A DNA stretch of 32,000 nucleotides from Nitrosospira multiformis ATCC 25196 (GTDB lineage Bacteria; Pseudomonadota; Gammaproteobacteria; Burkholderiales; Nitrosomonadaceae): positions 1,890,001 through 1,922,000 of the forward strand of contig NC_007614.1 in the NCBI RefSeq assembly GCF_000196355.1, written 5' to 3'. A model generated the notes under the pieces. The model was not told the DNA's origin. It did no database searches and worked only from the letters and a program-made list of their open reading frames with translations. The first letter of the stretch is position 1; every line of letters starts with the position of its first letter. The position numbers were made by a program, and so were the translations under genes. Shown here one piece after another: positions 28,218 through 32,000 of the stretch.

Positions 28218-29084
28218 ATGAAAACTACTCCTAGCTCTAAAATCCACAGCCTGATTCTGGGGGCAGCCCTGAGTATCGCACCTGGTTTTGTTTCCCCTGT
28301 CTCCGCACAGGAACGTTCATATATCCTCAACTTCTATGACAACAGTCTAACCGATCTCGGGACGCTGGATCTGGGTGGAGGTTCCAGTTACGCCCGTGGC
28401 ATCAATGATACCGGGCAGGTGATGGGGGAGTCCCTTCTTCTAGGCGACCCGAATAATGCGCACGCTTTTATCACCGGTCCCAATGGTGTGGGCATGACCG
28501 ATCTCGGGACGCTAGGGGGAATGTGGAGTACTGCCAACGACATCAATAATGCTGGGCAGGTGGTGGGGAGCGCAGGCACGGCCGCAGGTGAGCGTCACGC
28601 TTTTATCACCGGCCCCAATGGCGAGGGCATGACCGATCTCGGGACGCTGGGGGGAAATTACAGTACCGCCAACGACATCAATAATGCTGGGCAGGTGGTG
28701 GGGTGGTCCACCACGGCCTCAGGTTCCGAGCACGCTTTCATCACTGGTCCTGATGGCGTGGGCATGACAGATCTCGGGACGCTGGGGGGAAATTACAGTA
28801 CCGCCAACGACATCAATAATGCTGGGCAGGTGGTGGGGAACTCCGCCACAGCCGCAGGTGAGGGACACGCTTTTATCACCGGCCCCAATGGCATGGGCAT
28901 GACAGACCTCAATTCGCTGGTTGAGTGGCCAGCCGGAATTGCTCTAGCGAACGCTGTCGACATCAATAACGTGGGACAGGTCCTCGTCAATGCTGCGATC
29001 CCTGAGCCTCAATCCTATGCTTTGATGCTCGCGGGCCTCATGCTGGTCGGATTCATGGTTCGGCGAAAAAGCCTGCCGGCATAA
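28218..29084 (+). CDS. HAF-repeat PEP-CTERM protein (secreted, 288 aa)
   Basis: Signal peptide, tandem 'HAFITGPNGxGMTDLGTLGG..STANDINNAGQVVG' repeats, C-terminal 'IPEPQSYALMLAGLMLVGFMVRRKSLPA'. Confidence 0.9.
   Translation: MKTTPSSKIHSLILGAALSIAPGFVSPVSAQERSYILNFYDNSLTDLGTLDLGGGSSYARGINDTGQVMGESLLLGDPNNAHAFITGPNGVGMTDLGTLGGMWSTANDINNAGQVVGSAGTAAGERHAFITGPNGEGMTDLGTLGGNYSTANDINNAGQVVGWSTTASGSEHAFITGPDGVGMTDLGTLGGNYSTANDINNAGQVVGNSATAAGEGHAFITGPNGMGMTDLNSLVEWPAGIALANAVDINNVGQVLVNAAIPEPQSYALMLAGLMLVGFMVRRKSLPA
28461..28865 (+). repeat. Tandem repeat, three full 135-bp units (45 aa each) plus a partial fourth unit beginning at 28866
   Basis: 'cacgctttta/tca' unit starts at 28461, 28596, 28731 and 28866, spaced exactly 135 bp; a long stretch of units 2 and 3 is identical at the nucleotide level. 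Confidence 0.92.
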
Positions 29085-29117
29085 AATACCTGCAAACCCG
29101 ACCCAATCAGTGCATGG

Positions 29118-29144
29118 AAGAGCATGCGCTCTTGTAGTTTTCTT
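29118..29144 (+). terminator. Possible weak terminator hairpin after the HAF-repeat gene
   Basis: Perfect 6-bp stem AAGAGC-ATGC-GCTCTT (29118-29133) followed by 'gtagttttctt'. Confidence 0.3.
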
Positions 29145-29224
29145 AGGCGTGAAAGGCCGTTCCTGGCACTCCGGGGCAATTCGAGCCTGACTTGTTTGTT
29201 AGCTCAAATCCAAGCTAATACATT

Positions 29225-30136
29225 TCAGAACGTCGGTACTACCAATATATCGCAGCTTGCCTCTTGTATCACGCGCCTTGCTACACCGCCGAGCAGCGTC
29301 TCCTCCTGCTCGGACTGTCCCTGTTTGCCGATGACAACCAGATCAGGGTCAAGCACTTCCATATTTTTCCGGATTACAGTAGATACAGGGCCCAATTCCA
29401 TGATACTGGACAAGGTGGGCTTTGGCCCTCTCAATTCGGAGATAAATTCCTCCATCTCCTTTTTCTTTTGTACCTGAACTTCGCTCTCGTAAACTTTAAT
29501 CAGCTTATTATCTACACCGGCAGACTCCAGCCGGGCTTTGAAGGGCACCTCGACCGCGTGCAGAGCAGTAATATGTGCATGCGGAGCAATGTTCACGGCA
29601 AACTCCGTTGCCTGACCGGAAAATTCCGAGAAATCCACAGGGATCAGCACTTTCCGGTACGCTGCCCGAGGCTCCCGTTTGACGATCAGCACGGGCCGGG
29701 TAAGCTTGCGCAGAACTTTGTCGACAGTAGAGCCAACAAATAGCTCTCGCACCAACCCACCGCCATGAGCTCCAAGTACGACAAGGCCAGCATTCAGGAA
29801 CTCCGCATAACGAACGATCTCGGTATAAGGGCGTCCCACATTCAGTGTCGTGATCGACACCGGGATCCTGTATTTTTCGGAAAGTGTGTGTTCGATTTCC
29901 GTTAATTGCTTACGCGACAGCTCCATCAATCGCTGCTCAGTTTCAAGCGGTGTCTTCGTTAGATGACGTAGCGTTTCAATGGCAAGATTATCTATGACAT
30001 GTATCAAGTCCACAGATTCGCTACCTAATTCATGCGCCAGCAACGCCGCCCGTGCCGCCGCCCAACTCGCAAGCGGGGACATGTCGGTACCGACTACTAT
30101 TCGCTTTATAGGCAACATAAAGGGGTTTTCCTTCAA
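29225..30136 (-). CDS. Universal stress protein, two tandem UspA domains
   Basis: Domain 1 'IKRIVVGTDMSPLASWAAARAALLA' with nucleotide-binding 'GAHGGGLVRELFVGSTVDKVLR'; domain 2 'YRKVLIPVDFSEFSGQATEFAVNIAP' with 'GKQGQSEQEETLLGGVARRVIQEASCDILVV'. Confidence 0.92.
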   Translation of the reverse strand: MKENPFMLPIKRIVVGTDMSPLASWAAARAALLAHELGSESVDLIHVIDNLAIETLRHLTKTPLETEQRLMELSRKQLTEIEHTLSEKYRIPVSITTLNVGRPYTEIVRYAEFLNAGLVVLGAHGGGLVRELFVGSTVDKVLRKLTRPVLIVKREPRAAYRKVLIPVDFSEFSGQATEFAVNIAPHAHITALHAVEVPFKARLESAGVDNKLIKVYESEVQVQKKKEMEEFISELRGPKPTLSSIMELGPVSTVIRKNMEVLDPDLVVIGKQGQSEQEETLLGGVARRVIQEASCDILVVPTF

Positions 30137-30151
30137 AGGTTTCTAAGCATG

Positions 30152-31846
30152 TCAGCTTACATAAAAATTCCGCATCATGCCCAGATCTTCATGCTCCAGA
30201 TTGTGGCAGTGATAGAGAAACAGGCCGGTGTAATCCTCGAACGGTTTGATCACATCAATTTCCTCGTTCGGCATGACCAACACAGTATCTTTCCAGCCGC
30301 TGTTAATGAAACCTTCGCGGACACTGGCATAGCTATCCGTGTCTGCGCCCTTTAATCTACGTGAAATGATCCGGAACTGTTGACCGTGCATATGGATGGG
30401 ATGCGGCAACATCATCATGCCCATGCCGCCCATTCCCCCTCTCATTCCACGACCCCCTCCTCCCATGCCGCCCATTCCATCCCGCCCACCCATCATCGAC
30501 CCATGCTCGTTGGTTATACGGACCTTTCGGATGGTATTGAGCGGGATGCGTTCGATATCCATTGCTTCATGCATTTCGAAAGACGCGCCGTTTAAGAGGG
30601 GCGACATATGCTCCATGGAGGCGGCGATTGGTACAGGCTGATCCGGATTTGCAATATCGCTTTCTGGCAGATTGCGCATCCTGACCAGCCTCTCCGGCAG
30701 CCGGGGAGACTCGCTGACTTTTTCAACAACGCTGAATTTCACAATCGGAAAGTCTTCACCTTGGGCCAGTCTTGCTGTTCCCATGCCCATGCCGCCCCTG
30801 CCTCCCATTCTCCCGCGGCCCATGCCACCGTGCATTCCCATGCCGCCACCCATCCCCATTCCCATTCCCATCTGGGGAAAGTCGTATTCGAGGCTCTGCA
30901 GCGTCAAATCCGTTCCAGGCTTGCGGCCGCTGAAGTCGACCCAAAGCTCGACCCGCTCTGCAGGTGCCAGTATGATATATGGAAAGGTTTCCGGCGCTTC
31001 CAGCAGGCCTCCGTCGGTGCCGATTGCTGTCAGGGGCATGCCGTCTTCCCATCCCAGCTTGTAAATCCTCGAATTCGAGCCGTTGAAAACGCGTATTCGA
31101 TAAGCGCGGCTTTTTACCGGAATAGTAGCGTTTACCTGCCCGTTAACCAGGATGGTATCTCCCAGGAAACCCGTCATCCGCTCATGCATCCCGAAAATGT
31201 ATTGCAACTGATTTCCCGCGGTGAAGCGACGGTCCTGAATGACGAGGGGAAGATCGTACTCGCCATCGGGCAGATTCAATTTTTGCTCCTGCTCATCCGT
31301 AATCGTGATCAATCCGGCCTGGCCGCGATAGACCTGCGGCCCTGTCATTTCATGCGGGTGTGCGTGATACCAGTTTGTGCCGGCCGGGTTCTTTACCTCG
31401 AACTCGTACACGTACCTTTCACCCGGCTCTATCGCATACATGGGATGTCCATCCATCTTCTGCGGCACGTGCATACCATGCCAATGCATGATCGAGGGTT
31501 CAGGCAATTTGTTGTAGTAAAAAATTCGCACTTTTTGCCCATGGGCAAGGTTCATGATTGGCCCCAGATAGCTTGTGCTCTTCAACAAGGCCGTTTCAGG
31601 CCCTCTCAATACCTTCCCATCGTATTTGAAAACGCTCGTACGGGGACCTGGCAGGATTTGAATCTCCGCTATTTGCGCGATGAACTCAATTTCTACATCC
31701 GGCTTGAAGGCAGAGTTGGGTTTCGTATTCAATATACCCGCGCCCGCGCCATGCTGGCTCCATGCCCACCCTGGAAACATAGCCGAGGCTGCACCCGCCA
31801 AGGCATATTGCATGAATTGGCGTCGCTTATAATCTTGATTTTTCAT
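30152..31846 (-). CDS. Tat-exported multicopper oxidase with Met/Gly-rich insertions
   Basis: Tat-like leader 'NQDYKRRQFMQYALAGAASAMFPGWAWS'; copper-ligand motifs 'MHWHGMHVPQ', 'NWYHAHPHE', 'HPIHMHGQQF', 'GLFLYHCHNLEHEDLGMMRNF'. ATG at 31846 preferred over the track start at 31882. Confidence 0.92.
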   Translation of the reverse strand: MKNQDYKRRQFMQYALAGAASAMFPGWAWSQHGAGAGILNTKPNSAFKPDVEIEFIAQIAEIQILPGPRTSVFKYDGKVLRGPETALLKSTSYLGPIMNLAHGQKVRIFYYNKLPEPSIMHWHGMHVPQKMDGHPMYAIEPGERYVYEFEVKNPAGTNWYHAHPHEMTGPQVYRGQAGLITITDEQEQKLNLPDGEYDLPLVIQDRRFTAGNQLQYIFGMHERMTGFLGDTILVNGQVNATIPVKSRAYRIRVFNGSNSRIYKLGWEDGMPLTAIGTDGGLLEAPETFPYIILAPAERVELWVDFSGRKPGTDLTLQSLEYDFPQMGMGMGMGGGMGMHGGMGRGRMGGRGGMGMGTARLAQGEDFPIVKFSVVEKVSESPRLPERLVRMRNLPESDIANPDQPVPIAASMEHMSPLLNGASFEMHEAMDIERIPLNTIRKVRITNEHGSMMGGRDGMGGMGGGGRGMRGGMGGMGMMMLPHPIHMHGQQFRIISRRLKGADTDSYASVREGFINSGWKDTVLVMPNEEIDVIKPFEDYTGLFLYHCHNLEHEDLGMMRNFYVS

Positions 31847-32000
31847 GATTTTCTCCGTTTTTTTCCATGGGACTGGGGACACAAGATTAGTTCCGAGGTG
31901 ATGGCCCTATTCTTCCCGCAGGCAAAGAATAAAAAGACCTTTTTAAGTCGATATTCTGCGGCCGCCCCTGTTATTTTTGGTGCATATGGGAGTGGAAATG

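Noticed and set aside
29199-29218. Inverted repeat TTAGCT-N8-AGCTAA just downstream of the usp gene
   Set aside because: Not followed by a T-run on the minus strand, so not a convincing terminator; kept only as a note.

Overview
This window is probably from a betaproteobacterium of the ammonia-oxidiser (Nitrosospira-like) type; that assignment is inferred from protein character and no taxonomic search was run. From left to right: (1) the 3' part of an HpnN-like RND/MMPL transporter; (2) a complete minus-strand alternative F-type ATPase operon of the N-ATPase type (atpD-C-Q-R-B-E-F-A-G), with no separate delta gene and an extended b subunit; (3) an MBL-fold/beta-CASP hydrolase and a GAF-like/HD-GYP protein; (4) one long co-oriented block of hydrogenase maturation genes (hypC-A-B-D-F-E) followed by a cytoplasmic NAD-reducing [NiFe] hydrogenase (hoxF-U-Y-H). 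The block continues with a PEP-CTERM protein gene wedged between hoxH and the maturation protease hoxW, and then an NDP-forming acyl-CoA synthetase/GNAT acetyltransferase fusion; (5) a HAF-repeat PEP-CTERM protein with a 135-bp tandem repeat; (6) a minus-strand pair encoding a Met/Gly-rich multicopper oxidase and a tandem UspA protein. Most components are known families. The unusual parts are the PEP-CTERM gene inside the hox operon, the overlap of hoxW on both sides, the clustering of an ion-translocating N-ATPase with an NAD-reducing hydrogenase and an acyltransferase, the HAF repeat array, and the Met/Gly-rich loops in the multicopper oxidase. I see no CRISPR, tRNA, rRNA or intact mobile element, and I cannot show a wholly undescribed system from the sequence alone.
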